This document shows, one piece after another, positions 1-9,404 of a stretch of DNA of 64,000 nucleotides. Source of the stretch: an uncultured Candidatus Rokubacteria bacterium (GTDB lineage Bacteria > Methylomirabilota > Methylomirabilia > Rokubacteriales > DASRDR01). The notes beneath the pieces are model-generated. The model made no database searches, had not been told where the DNA came from, and worked only from the letters and a program-made list of their open reading frames with translations. A program made the translations under genes and the position numbers. The stretch's first letter is position 1. Each line of letters opens with the position of its first letter. The DNA is taken from the NCBI GenBank assembly GCA_963805625.1, contig CAWDVE010000010.1, positions 672,001 to 736,000 on the forward strand, in the 5' to 3' direction.

Positions 1-472
1 CGAACTCTCGGGCGACAAGCGGCGGATGGAAGTAGCCGTCCTCCGGGGAAAACAGGATGGCGCGGGCGCCGGCGGCGCGGAAGTGTGGCGCCCGCCGCTC
101 GGCCTCGTCGGCCGACAAGAACTCGATCTTCACCCCGAAGGACTGCGCGAGCGCCGCGTCGCGACGCATGCGCGACTCTCCTTCCGGGGTGAGCAGAACG
201 CGCATGGCGCCAACGCGATGGAACGCGATCGAACGTCCCGTCACGCTCTCGAACGCGGCCAGCGTCTCCACCGCTTCGTTGACGAGCTTCACCATGAGCT
301 CGGACGCGGCCACCTTGGACGTGAGCCCCGCCGCTCGAGGCGAGGTCTGCGACCCGAGGTCGTAGCGGTCGAGCAGGATGACGTCACGGGTGCCGCGCCG
401 GGCCAGGTGGTAGGCCGTGCTGGCACCGAAGCCCCCCGACCCGATGATCACGACCTCCGCTCGATTCCGCAT
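1..472 (-). CDS. FAD-dependent oxidoreductase, DAO/sarcosine oxidase beta-like (runs off window start)
   Basis: Manual translation of the minus strand from ATG 472: MRNRAEVVIIGSGGFGASTAYHLARRGTRDVILLDRYDLGSQTSPRAAG. GxGxxG FAD motif; GGAG upstream. Confidence 0.85.
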   Translation of the reverse strand, partial: MRNRAEVVIIGSGGFGASTAYHLARRGTRDVILLDRYDLGSQTSPRAAGLTSKVAASELMVKLVNEAVETLAAFESVTGRSIAFHRVGAMRVLLTPEGESRMRRDAALAQSFGVKIEFLSADEAERRAPHFRAAGARAILFSPEDGYFHPPLVAREF

Positions 473-572
473 GCTCGCCGCTCCGTTTCTCCGCACGCCA
501 GGCTCTTGTCGGACCATGCCCGGCCCAGGCGGTCTCGACGTGCATGCTAGAGACCGACGGCCGCGGTGTCAA

Positions 573-598
573 ACTGTCCGGTCACACTGTCCGGTCAC
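573..598. repeat. 13-bp tandem direct repeat (ACTGTCCGGTCAC x2) in divergent intergenic region
   Basis: Perfect copies at 573-585 and 586-598, upstream of a TTGACA at 641. Confidence 0.7.
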
Positions 599-676
599 AC
601 AATGTCGACACGACGCGCGAGGGCCCTCGCCCATGTGGCCTTGACACGTCGCCGTCGCCGGCCGATTCTGGGCTCC

Positions 677-1338
677 CAGGGATTCACGAACATCTTCCGG
701 ACGGTCTCCACGAACGACTTCCAGGCGATCGGCGGCGAGGCGTACCTGGTCGGGGAGCTCAAAAAGAAGCGGATCGCGATCATCCACGACAATACGATCC
801 CCGGCGTGACCATCTCCGAGATCTTCCGGGATCTCGTCACGAAGGACAAAGCGGAGACGGTCCTGTTCCAGGGGGTCAACTGGGGTGAGCGCGACTGGAG
901 CCCCGTGCTGACGACGGTCAAGCAGAAGAACCCCGACGCCCTCTACCTCGTCACGGTGTTCGCTGACGCCGCGCTGGCCCTGAAGCAGATGAAGGACCTC
1001 GGGATCAAGGTCACGGTACTGGGGCCGGATGGCATGTACTCGGACGACCTGGTGAAGCTCGCCGGGCCGGCGGCCGAGGGCGCGTGCGCCACCGCGCTGG
1101 GCGCCGATGTGAACAAGCTTTCGACGGCGTCCAAGTTTGTGAACGCCTTCAAGGCCAAGTACAACGAGAGCCCGCAGCAGTACAGCGTGTTCGCCTACGA
1201 GGACATGCACATCATCATCAAGGCGGTCGAGAAGGCCGGCAAGAAGGACCGCGCGGAGATCCTGAAGGCCGTGCGCGCTGTCACGCCCTACCAGGGCGCG
1301 CTCGGAAAGACCGCCTTCAACGAGCGGGGCGACACGGT
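677..1338 (+). pseudogene. Branched-chain amino acid ABC substrate-binding protein (LivJ/K-like), N-terminally truncated
   Basis: NIFRTVSTNDFQ...RDWSPVLTTVKQKNPDALY...YQGALGKTAFNERGD. No signal peptide or N-terminal lobe. Confidence 0.8.
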
Positions 1339-1362
1339 CCTACCTCGGCAAGATGGCAAGCG

Positions 1363-2070
1363 GTGCTCAGGCTTAGGGACGTCGACACCAGCTACGGGCG
1401 CATCCGCGTGCTCCGGCGCGTGAATCTCGAGGTCGGGGAAGGCGAGATCGTCTGCCTCCTCGGAGGCAACGCGTCGGGCAAGTCGACGACCATGAAGACC
1501 ATCCTCGGCGTCGTGCGGCCGACGGCCGGCACCGTCGAGTTCGACGGCAAGGTCATCAACGACGTCAGAACCGCGCAGCGAATCGAGCGGGGGCTGGCCA
1601 TCGTTCCAGAGAACCGGCGCGTCTTTTCCCGCATGACCGTCCGCGAGAACCTCGAGATGGGGGCCTTCCTCCGGCGCGATCGTCTCAGCGTCGAAGGCGA
1701 CATGGAGCGCGTCCTCGGCCTCTTCCCACGCCTGCGCGAGCGCCTCGGGCAGCGGGCCGGCACGCTCTCGGGCGGCGAGCAGCAAATGCTCGCGATGGCT
1801 CGTGCCCTCATGGCCCGACCCCGCCTTCTCCTCATGGACGAGCCGTCGATGGGGCTCTCGCCCCGCCTGGTCCAGCAGAACTTCGAGCTGATCCAAGAGA
1901 TCAACCGGGGCGGCGTAACCGTCTTCGTGGTCGAGCAGAATGCCGCGATGGCCCTCGCCATCGCCCACCGCGGCTACGTGCTCCGAACCGGCGAGATCGT
2001 GATGTCCGGATCGGCCTCGGAGCTTCTCCGGAGCCAGGGCATCCGTCAGGCCTACCTCGGGGAGATGTAG
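1363..2070 (+). CDS. livF: Branched-chain amino acid ABC transporter ATP-binding protein
   Basis: Walker A GGNASGKS, LSGGEQQML, LLMDEPSMGL, C-terminal AYLG. GTG start at 1363. Confidence 0.9.
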   Translation: MLRLRDVDTSYGRIRVLRRVNLEVGEGEIVCLLGGNASGKSTTMKTILGVVRPTAGTVEFDGKVINDVRTAQRIERGLAIVPENRRVFSRMTVRENLEMGAFLRRDRLSVEGDMERVLGLFPRLRERLGQRAGTLSGGEQQMLAMARALMARPRLLLMDEPSMGLSPRLVQQNFELIQEINRGGVTVFVVEQNAAMALAIAHRGYVLRTGEIVMSGSASELLRSQGIRQAYLGEM

Positions 2071-2162
2071 CCGGGACTCACTCCACTCTCGGGTGGCGCG
2101 GATAGGGGTCCGGATGGGTGACGGCGGCGATCGCGTTCAGGGGACGCTCCATGCACCCGACG

Positions 2163-2987
2163 CTAGGCCTCCATGAGCGCATTCAGGTCCGACGTCGGCA
2201 CGGAGTGGTCGAGATAGCCGAAGGTGCCCTGGCCTTTCACCTCGCGCGCGGCGGTGATCAGGCCGGTCATGGCCATCCGATAGAGCGACGTGGCAAGGCT
2301 GATCCGCCTGACCCCGGCTGCCTCGAGCTCCGCCACCGTGAACGACTTGCCCTTGATCCCGACCATGAAGTTGACCGGCTTCGAGACCGCGGTGCAGACG
2401 GCTCGCACCGCCGCCAGGTCCGGGAGACCCGGGGCAAACAGCACGTCCGCACCCGCGCGCTCGAAGGCCTGAAGCCGGGCGATCGTGTCGTCCAGGCTCG
2501 GGTTCCCGCGAAGGAAGTTCTCGGCCCGCGCGGTCAGGGTGAACGGAAACGGGAGCGCCCGCGCCGCCTGCACCGCCGCCGCCACGCGCGCCGTGGCCTG
2601 TCCGATGTCAAAGAGGGGCCGGGCCGGGTCGCCCGTGGCGTCCTCGATCGAGCCCCCGACCAGCCCCACCTCCGCGGCCAGCCGGATGGTCTCCGCGGCG
2701 GCGCCCGGCGTGTCGCCGAAGCCCTTCTCCAGATCGGCCGAGACCGGCAGGTCGGTCGCCTCCACGATGGCCTGCGCATGCGCCAGCGCTTCCGCGCGCG
2801 TCACCTTGCCGTCCCGGCGACCGAGGATGCCCGCGGAAGCGCCGCTCGACGTCGCCAGCGCCGCGAAGCCGAGCCCCGCCAGGATGCGCGCCGAGCCCGC
2901 ATCCCATGGATTCGGGATCACGAACGCGCCTGGGCCCTGGTGGAGCGCCCGGAATTGCGCGGCCTTGTCGCCCTGACTCACCGTCAT
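2163..2987 (-). CDS. Isocitrate lyase/PEP mutase family protein
   Basis: PNPWDAGSAR, ATSSG, PVSADLEKGFG, GGSIED, ARAENF, AGADVLFAPG. Confidence 0.9.
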   Translation of the reverse strand: MTVSQGDKAAQFRALHQGPGAFVIPNPWDAGSARILAGLGFAALATSSGASAGILGRRDGKVTRAEALAHAQAIVEATDLPVSADLEKGFGDTPGAAAETIRLAAEVGLVGGSIEDATGDPARPLFDIGQATARVAAAVQAARALPFPFTLTARAENFLRGNPSLDDTIARLQAFERAGADVLFAPGLPDLAAVRAVCTAVSKPVNFMVGIKGKSFTVAELEAAGVRRISLATSLYRMAMTGLITAAREVKGQGTFGYLDHSVPTSDLNALMEA

Positions 2988-3050
2988 GGCACTCCTCCTG
3001 TCTGGATCGTGGCCATCCGACCTCACCTCTGGTGGAGCGGGAGGAGGGCC

Positions 3051-3431
3051 TCAGCAGCGGGTGACGTGCGCGGAGACCGCGAGCCACCGGCCCTGCCGGC
3101 GAGCCCAGACGTCGGTGTAGCGGCCGGACCCGACACCTCCATCCGGGCGGACGAACGTGGTGCGAGCGTGGATGATCGCGAAATCCCCCATGAGGCGGAC
3201 CTTGACGTCCTGAGCCTCGAGGCCCGAGATCGAGACCGGTCGCGCGGTCTGGGCGAGGAACGCGGCCCGATCGATGAGCGATCCGTCGGGGTTGCTGCAG
3301 AGGAAGTCGTCAGCCAGGATCTCGTCGAAGCGGCGGACATCCGAGGTTTGCACCGATCTGATGTAGTCGCGATTGAGCTCCAGGAGGGTGTCCAGGTCAT
3401 GCTTCGAACCGATGTCGACGTGCGTCTTCAT
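3051..3431 (-). CDS. NTF2-like/DUF4440 domain protein
   Basis: LNRDYIRSVQ..DEILADDF..RYTDVWARRQGRWLAVSAH. Has its own RBS (GAGGAG) and ATG at 3431, in frame with the upstream MazG-like ORF. Confidence 0.8.
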   Translation of the reverse strand: MKTHVDIGSKHDLDTLLELNRDYIRSVQTSDVRRFDEILADDFLCSNPDGSLIDRAAFLAQTARPVSISGLEAQDVKVRLMGDFAIIHARTTFVRPDGGVGSGRYTDVWARRQGRWLAVSAHVTRC

Positions 3432-4082
3432 GTGGTCTCTCTCCTCATCCCGCCCGTCCACGGCGAGGCGCCCCTCGATCTTGACCCGGCTTCGCGTCAG
3501 CAGATCGGCCGGGGTGATGCCACAGGCGACACACAGGCGCGTCCAGTAGCGCCACACGTCGCCCAGCTCCCCGGCCAGGCGCTCGCGCTGGCCATCACCC
3601 TCCGGCGTGAGCCTCCGGAGACACTCGGTGACCTCGCCGGCGTCCCCTATCAGGGCGAGGCCGACGTCCCACAACCAGTGGTCGTCAGGCCGATCCGCCG
3701 GCCCGACACCGTCCGCTTCCACCGCCCACGCCGCGAATTCTTCGAGTGTCATCGCGGCGGCCCCCGCTGCCGGTCCACCTGCCGGGCCGCCCGCTCGCCG
3801 CCATTCGACATGCGCCCGGCTGCGCGCCAGGAGCGTCGACGGCGCCATCCCGGTGACCCCGCATAGCCGCGCCCAGTAATACGCCACGTCGCCCAGCTCG
3901 TCGGCCAGCTGATCCCGCCGCCACTCGTCGTCGCGCAGCCACCGCGTGAGTACCCCGGCGACCTCACCGATCTCGCTGGCGAAGCCGAGGCCGATCTCGA
4001 GCAGCACGCGATCCTCACGCCCGCCCGCGTGATGGTTCACGCCGATGCCCGCCGCCCAGGCGACATACTCGTCGAGCGTCAT
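3432..4082 (-). CDS. Tandem MazG-like (all-alpha NTP pyrophosphatase) domains, reading in frame into the DUF4440 gene
   Basis: Two repeats starting MTLDEY/MTLEEF with ExGEV...ELGDV motifs; no stop before 3051. Confidence 0.7.
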
Positions 4083-4251
4083 GACCGCCTCCCCGGCCGG
4101 GTCGCCAGCGTGACAACGGCCCGCGCGCCTCCACGGCAGTATGCCTGAAGCGATGCGTGGAGCGGGGCGCCCACATCCGGTCATCCATCCAGGCGCTGGC
4201 GTCCCGAGCCCCGTGTTGATCCCGCACGCCCGACGAGCCGATCATAGGGCC

Positions 4252-5874
4252 GTGCCAGGCCGTCCGAAGGTCCCAGCCTCAACGTACTCCACCCTCAGCC
4301 GTCGCGCCCTCCTTCGCGGGGCGCTCGCCGGCGCCCTGGCCGCGCCGGGGCTCACGGGCTGCGCCGCCCCGGCCCGCCCGGAGGTCGCCGGCCGCGACCC
4401 CTTCACCCTCGGCGTGGCCGCGGGCGAGCCCGGGCCGGACGGCTTCGTGCTCTGGACCCGCTTGGCGCCCGAGCCGCTCTGGGCCGATCCTGCCGCCCCG
4501 GGCGGGCTGACGACGGGGGACGTCACCCTCACCTACGAGATCGCAACGGATCCCGGGATGGGAACGATCGTCCAGTCCGGCCCGGCAGTCGCGGAGGCGG
4601 CGTTCGCCCATTCGGTGCACCTCGAGGTGCGGGGCCTCCCATCGGACCGGCCGTACTGGTACCGCTTCACGAGCGGGGCCGCCCGGAGCCGCATCGGGCA
4701 CGCGTGGACCGCGTCGCCGCCCGGCCACCCGCTGCGTGAGCTCCGCTTCGGCTTCGTCTCCTGCGCCAACTACGAGCACGGGTACTTCGCGGCCTACCGG
4801 CACCTCGCCGACGAGTCGCCGGACCTCGTGATCTTCCTCGGGGACTACATCTACGAGCATGTCGATCGGCTGCGGCCCACCGTCCGCCGGCACAGCGATG
4901 ACGCCGAGGCGGCGACGCTGCCCGCCTATCGCAATCGGTACGCCCAGTACCGGCTCGACCCCGACCTGCAGCGGCTCCACGCCGAGGTGCCGGCGCTCGT
5001 GACATGGGACGACCACGAGGTCCAGAACGACTACGCCGACCAGTGGTCACCGACGGTCGATCGTCCGGAGGCCTTCCTGGCGCGGCGGGCCGCCGCGTAT
5101 CAGGCTTTCTACGAGCACATGCCGCTCCGGCCGAGGCGATCGCGACCGCAAGGGCCCGCGCTCCGTCTCTACGACCGCTTCACCTACGGGGACCTGGTCG
5201 AGTTCTCGGTGCTCGACGGGCGGCAGTATCGCAGCCGTCAAGCCTGCGCCCGGCTGCCAAACTACGGGGGCGGCCATTTCGAGACCGATGCCTGGTGTCC
5301 GAAGCGGCGGGACCCTGTGCGGTCCATCCTCGGCCCGGCGCAAGAAGCCTGGCTCTTCGACGGCCTCGCGCGCTCATCGGCGCGCTGGAACGTCCTGGCT
5401 CAGGACGTGCTGATGGCGCAGCTCCGGCAGCGAGTGCCCCTCGTGGGCATGGGCCACTGGACCGACGCGTGGGACGGCTATCCGGCGAGCCGGACCCGAC
5501 TCCTCCGGCACGTGGAGGCAAGCCGCGTCTCGAATCCCGTCGTGATCACCGGCGATCTCCACTCCTTCTGGGTCAACGATCTGAAGCGGGACTTCGACGA
5601 CCCCGGCTCTCCGACCGTGGCGACGGAGTTCGTCGGAACGTCCGTCGCCTCGCTCGGCCCGTCCTACTCTCAGTTCATGGGCTGGATGCCAGACAACCCG
5701 CACGTGCGGTACTTCGAGAGCCGCCAGCGGGGATACGTCTCCGTGGAGCTGACGCCCGAGCGGATGACCACGCGGCTCCGCGCCCTGTCGGACGCCCGCG
5801 ACCCCTGGGCCACGGTCTCGACCCTGCGGAGCTTCGTCGTCGAATCCGGCCGCCCGGGCGCGATCCCGGCGTAG
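4252..5874 (+). CDS. phoD: Alkaline phosphatase D family (PhoD), Tat-exported
   Basis: Tat motif SRRALL, DPFTLGVAAGEP, VLWTRLAP, GDYIYE, WDDHEV, DAWDGY, TGDLH. Start codon uncertain (4141-4252). Confidence 0.9.
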   Translation: MPGRPKVPASTYSTLSRRALLRGALAGALAAPGLTGCAAPARPEVAGRDPFTLGVAAGEPGPDGFVLWTRLAPEPLWADPAAPGGLTTGDVTLTYEIATDPGMGTIVQSGPAVAEAAFAHSVHLEVRGLPSDRPYWYRFTSGAARSRIGHAWTASPPGHPLRELRFGFVSCANYEHGYFAAYRHLADESPDLVIFLGDYIYEHVDRLRPTVRRHSDDAEAATLPAYRNRYAQYRLDPDLQRLHAEVPALVTWDDHEVQNDYADQWSPTVDRPEAFLARRAAAYQAFYEHMPLRPRRSRPQGPALRLYDRFTYGDLVEFSVLDGRQYRSRQACARLPNYGGGHFETDAWCPKRRDPVRSILGPAQEAWLFDGLARSSARWNVLAQDVLMAQLRQRVPLVGMGHWTDAWDGYPASRTRLLRHVEASRVSNPVVITGDLHSFWVNDLKRDFDDPGSPTVATEFVGTSVASLGPSYSQFMGWMPDNPHVRYFESRQRGYVSVELTPERMTTRLRALSDARDPWATVSTLRSFVVESGRPGAIPA

Positions 5875-5935
5875 CCGGCTCCGGCTGGCGCCCGGTCCCG
5901 GCAGCGCTTGCCCCTCCCGCTTCACGGATCGCGCG

Positions 5936-6898
5936 TCACGGGATCAGCACGATCTTGCCGAAGGCGCCGGACGTCATGATGTCCTTGTGCGCCTGGGCGG
6001 CCTGCGCGAGGGGGAGCTCCTTCCCCACCACGGGGCGCAGCGTGCCATTCTCGAGACCGGTGGCCATGGCCGCGTGAGTCTCTCGCTCTTCAGTCTCCGT
6101 TATCGCCCACAGGGTGAAGGCGCGCACGGACGCACGGCGCGTCATGAGGTCGCGCGGAGTGATCGTGACGTCGCCTCGGCTGCCGATGACGATGACGCGG
6201 CCGCTGCGCGCGAGGAGCTTCAAGTCGGCGCTGAGATTCACATTGGCGAGCATCTCCAGGATCACGTCCACCCCGCGGCCGGCGGTGGCCTTCAGAATGG
6301 CGTCCTGGTAGCCGGACTGACCATGGTCGAATGCCTGATGCGCCCCCTCGCGCATGACGAGCTCGAGCCCCTTGGCTGTCCCGGCAGTGCCGAAGACGAC
6401 GAGACCCATGGCGCGAGCGATCTGCACCGCCGCGATGCCGACGCCGCCGCTGGCGCCATGGATCAGGACACTCTCGCCAGCCCGGGCATCGGCGAAGTGA
6501 CGCAGCGCATGATAGGCCGTGCCATACGGGACCCAGACGCTCGCGCCCTGGGCGAAGGACGCGCGGTCCGCCAGCGGATGCACCTGGGATTCGACAGCGA
6601 GGGCGTACTCGGCATAGGTCCCGCTGAGCGTGTTCGCGGTGTAGACGCGATCGCCAGGCCTCACCTTGGAGACGCCCGCTCCGATGGACTCGATCGTCCC
6701 AGCGGCGTCGCTGCCCGGGGTATACGGGAGAGGCGGCTTGATGGCGTAGGTGCCATTGCGCATGTAGGTGTCATACGGGTTGATGCCCACGGCCTTCACG
6801 CGGACGAGAACCTGGCCCGCGACGGGCCGGGGCGTGGGAATCTCTTCGAGCTTGAGGACCTCGGGTCCGCCGAATTCACGGACCAGAATGGCCTTCAT
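5936..6898 (-). CDS. qor: NADPH:quinone oxidoreductase (zeta-crystallin/MDR family)
   Basis: MKAILVREFGGPEVL, GINPYD, HGASGGVG, GKIVL. Confidence 0.9.
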   Translation of the reverse strand: MKAILVREFGGPEVLKLEEIPTPRPVAGQVLVRVKAVGINPYDTYMRNGTYAIKPPLPYTPGSDAAGTIESIGAGVSKVRPGDRVYTANTLSGTYAEYALAVESQVHPLADRASFAQGASVWVPYGTAYHALRHFADARAGESVLIHGASGGVGIAAVQIARAMGLVVFGTAGTAKGLELVMREGAHQAFDHGQSGYQDAILKATAGRGVDVILEMLANVNLSADLKLLARSGRVIVIGSRGDVTITPRDLMTRRASVRAFTLWAITETEERETHAAMATGLENGTLRPVVGKELPLAQAAQAHKDIMTSGAFGKIVLIP

Positions 6899-6968
6899 CG
6901 CATATCCCCCTTCGTGACGCCGAGTGAGGTCAATGATTCACCTCCGAGCGGTGACGGATGTCTCAGCC

Positions 6969-7049
6969 TCGAGCTTGAGGACCTAAATGAAATTAGGGTC
7001 CGCCGAACTCACGGAGGAGGCTAGCCTTCGTCGAGTATCCCCCTTCGTG
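6969..7049 (-). repeat. Degenerate duplicate of the qor RBS and first ~17 codons
   Basis: Matches 6846-6916, with ATG->ACG and an AT-rich insertion at 6985-6995. Confidence 0.8.
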
Positions 7050-7095
7050 GCGGGCACCGTGCTGGCCCCCGGTTCGGCGTTCCGCATCCGCGAGG

Positions 7096-8223
7096 CTAGT
7101 GCCCGCGCCGTCGATGGGCACCGAGCAGGTCCATGCCGAAGTCGCCGACCGGATCACGCCACACGGTGTGCACGTGGTTGGCGTTCCGGGTGGTGTTGTC
7201 GTACTCCACGAGAAGGCGGTGCCCTTGGAGACGGTAGTAGTGTGGTCGAGAAGGCTTGAGGCTCCCGGCCCACGCCAGATGCAGGGCCGGAAACGACGGC
7301 CCGCTGACCTTGGCCATCTCAGGCCCGGCGATCTCCTCCGGTAGACGCCCCACGTACGTGTCGAGCAGCGCCTTCAGGAGTTCGTGCTGCGATGAAGTCA
7401 TCGCCGACGCGGGCAGTCCCTTCGGCACGGTCGTGAAGCGCAGGAGGTCGACGTGCGCGCCCGTCAGCCCGACCTTCGCCTCCTCGGCGTCCTGGAACCG
7501 CTCGAGATAGTCCAGGAGCTCGCCACGCCACTCGTCACGCCACACCCTCGCCAGCCGAAGTGGGCCATCGCCCTCGCTCAGAACCGTGCGATTCGCCCCG
7601 ACCAGGTCGATCGGTGGCACCGGCGAGAGCACCGCAACCTGTCGCTGCTCGTCACTCAGCGAGTGGAGAAGCTCGAATGCAAGGTCGGTGCAGGCCCCGA
7701 GCGGGCGCAGCTGATGCGGCCCCAGCAGCGGGGACGAGGCGGGGTCGGCGCCCAGGAAGCATGGCGTGAAGGCACGCAGCTCTCCACCAACCACCGTGTG
7801 GTGCACCGACACGTGATGGCCGCCGAAGCGCCAGGACCACGTGTCGGCGCCAGGCGTGCCGAAGATGCGCAGGTAGTAGCGGCCGGAGTCCCGCCCGCGC
7901 GCCTGTCCGAAGGACGCCCGCCAGCTCTCGAGCTCATCGAGGACGTTCTCGAGTCCCATGATGGTCGCGGCCGTCACGTAACCGGCCCGGCTCAGTCCCG
8001 TCGCCACAAGACGCATGGCGAGCCGCTGCTGCGCCGGCTCCATCTCCCCCAGGGTGAGACCGCCATGGTCGGTCGGCGTGTAGAACCAGCGAAGGCGCTC
8101 CTCGTCTGAGGGGAATTCCCAGCAAGCCTGCCGTCGCTGGTCCGAGGACAGTGAGTCGAGCAGCGTCTGGGCCGCCTCGGCCATCCGGTCAGCGAGAGCT
8201 CCGTTGTCACGCGAGGGGCTCAC
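7096..8223 (-). CDS. DUF3500 domain protein
   Basis: RWFYTP, GL.LGEM, YYLRIFGTP, WRFGGHHVS, YYRLQG..LLVEYDN, NHVHTVWRDP.DFG. GTGA overlap with the upstream gene. Confidence 0.85.
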   Translation of the reverse strand: MSPSRDNGALADRMAEAAQTLLDSLSSDQRRQACWEFPSDEERLRWFYTPTDHGGLTLGEMEPAQQRLAMRLVATGLSRAGYVTAATIMGLENVLDELESWRASFGQARGRDSGRYYLRIFGTPGADTWSWRFGGHHVSVHHTVVGGELRAFTPCFLGADPASSPLLGPHQLRPLGACTDLAFELLHSLSDEQRQVAVLSPVPPIDLVGANRTVLSEGDGPLRLARVWRDEWRGELLDYLERFQDAEEAKVGLTGAHVDLLRFTTVPKGLPASAMTSSQHELLKALLDTYVGRLPEEIAGPEMAKVSGPSFPALHLAWAGSLKPSRPHYYRLQGHRLLVEYDNTTRNANHVHTVWRDPVGDFGMDLLGAHRRRGH

Positions 8224-9392
8224 AGGCCTGGTCCACGCAGCCCGAAGATCAGCTCCGGATCGCCGGGCACCCAGGTGCCATCGAACTGGGACCGGCGGCC
8301 GATGCGTCGAGTGCGCTCGAGGAGTCGAGCGCCGAGCGCGACCTGCTCCGGCTCCCACCGGGCGAGCGCGGCCGGCACGTCGCGCTCGTGTCCGATCGCC
8401 TCGGACAGGCCCCAGGCATCGGCGGCCGCCTTCGCGGTTCCCGCCGCCGCGTGCGGTCTGACCACGAACGCGGCATCACCGATGAGACACACACGGCCGA
8501 AGGCCATACGCGGCACCTCGATGTCATAGACGACCTGGAGGAACGGTTGCGTGGTCTCACCGATAAGCCGCGCCATCGCGGAAGGAAGGCGCGCCCGGGC
8601 GACCGCCCGCATCTCGGCCACATGCCGTTCACTGGCCGCGCCCGGTGGGACCGAGATCTCCCGCTGCAGCCCGCTGTCGTCAGTGAGCACGTCGTCCAGG
8701 TCGCTGCCCTCAAGATAGTTTCGGTACCAGACGAAGTTGAGGAGCCGGTCCCCGGGCGCCACCGACCCATCCGGCCCGGGTATGGGGTACACCAGGATGT
8801 GGCTGTTCGCGTACACGTAGTAGGTGATGGCGCCGTCGAACATCGCGCGGGTCGCTCCGTCCAGGCAGGCCTCCGCCACCATGCCGCGCCACGCCACGTA
8901 GCCGGAGTAGGACGGCTGGACGCCGGGCAAGAGACGCGCCCGTGCGATCGAGCCCACCCCGTCCGCGCACACGAGGAGGTCAACGCGCCGTGGCGGTCGC
9001 CCAGCGAGGTGGACCTCCACGGTGTCGCCATCATCGGCCCATCCGGTCATCTCGTGGCCGAGGTGATACCGTGATGGCTGGATCCGCGTCAACAGCTCCC
9101 GGTACACCGTATTCCACGAGCTGAACCGATACGAGTGCCGCCCGTCGTAGATCGGCTCACCGCGACGGCCCAGGTACCGGATGTGCGACGTGGCGACGCT
9201 GATGCGATCGAGGGCCACGCCGGCCCGCTCGACGAGATAGCGTGCGCTCTCCGGCAAGAAGCCGATGCCCGCGCCGCGCTGCACCAACTCGCCGGGGGAC
9301 CGCTCGTAGACGTCGACCTCGGCTCCGAGGTCAGTGAGTAGCAGTGCCGCGTGAAGCCCCCCGAGCGAACCGCCAACTACCGCCGCGCGCAT
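8220..9392 (-). CDS. FAD-dependent monooxygenase, 2,6-dihydroxypyridine 3-hydroxylase (DhpH)-like
   Basis: VVGGSLGG, VYERSP, ADG..S, YSGYVAWRG, YPIPG, NFVWYRN, GDAAFVVRPHAAAG, C-terminal PGDPELIFGL; all match DhpH family motifs as I recall them. Confidence 0.85.
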   Translation of the reverse strand: MRAAVVGGSLGGLHAALLLTDLGAEVDVYERSPGELVQRGAGIGFLPESARYLVERAGVALDRISVATSHIRYLGRRGEPIYDGRHSYRFSSWNTVYRELLTRIQPSRYHLGHEMTGWADDGDTVEVHLAGRPPRRVDLLVCADGVGSIARARLLPGVQPSYSGYVAWRGMVAEACLDGATRAMFDGAITYYVYANSHILVYPIPGPDGSVAPGDRLLNFVWYRNYLEGSDLDDVLTDDSGLQREISVPPGAASERHVAEMRAVARARLPSAMARLIGETTQPFLQVVYDIEVPRMAFGRVCLIGDAAFVVRPHAAAGTAKAAADAWGLSEAIGHERDVPAALARWEPEQVALGARLLERTRRIGRRSQFDGTWVPGDPELIFGLRGPGL

Positions 9393-9404
9393 GCCGCGCG
9401 ACGG

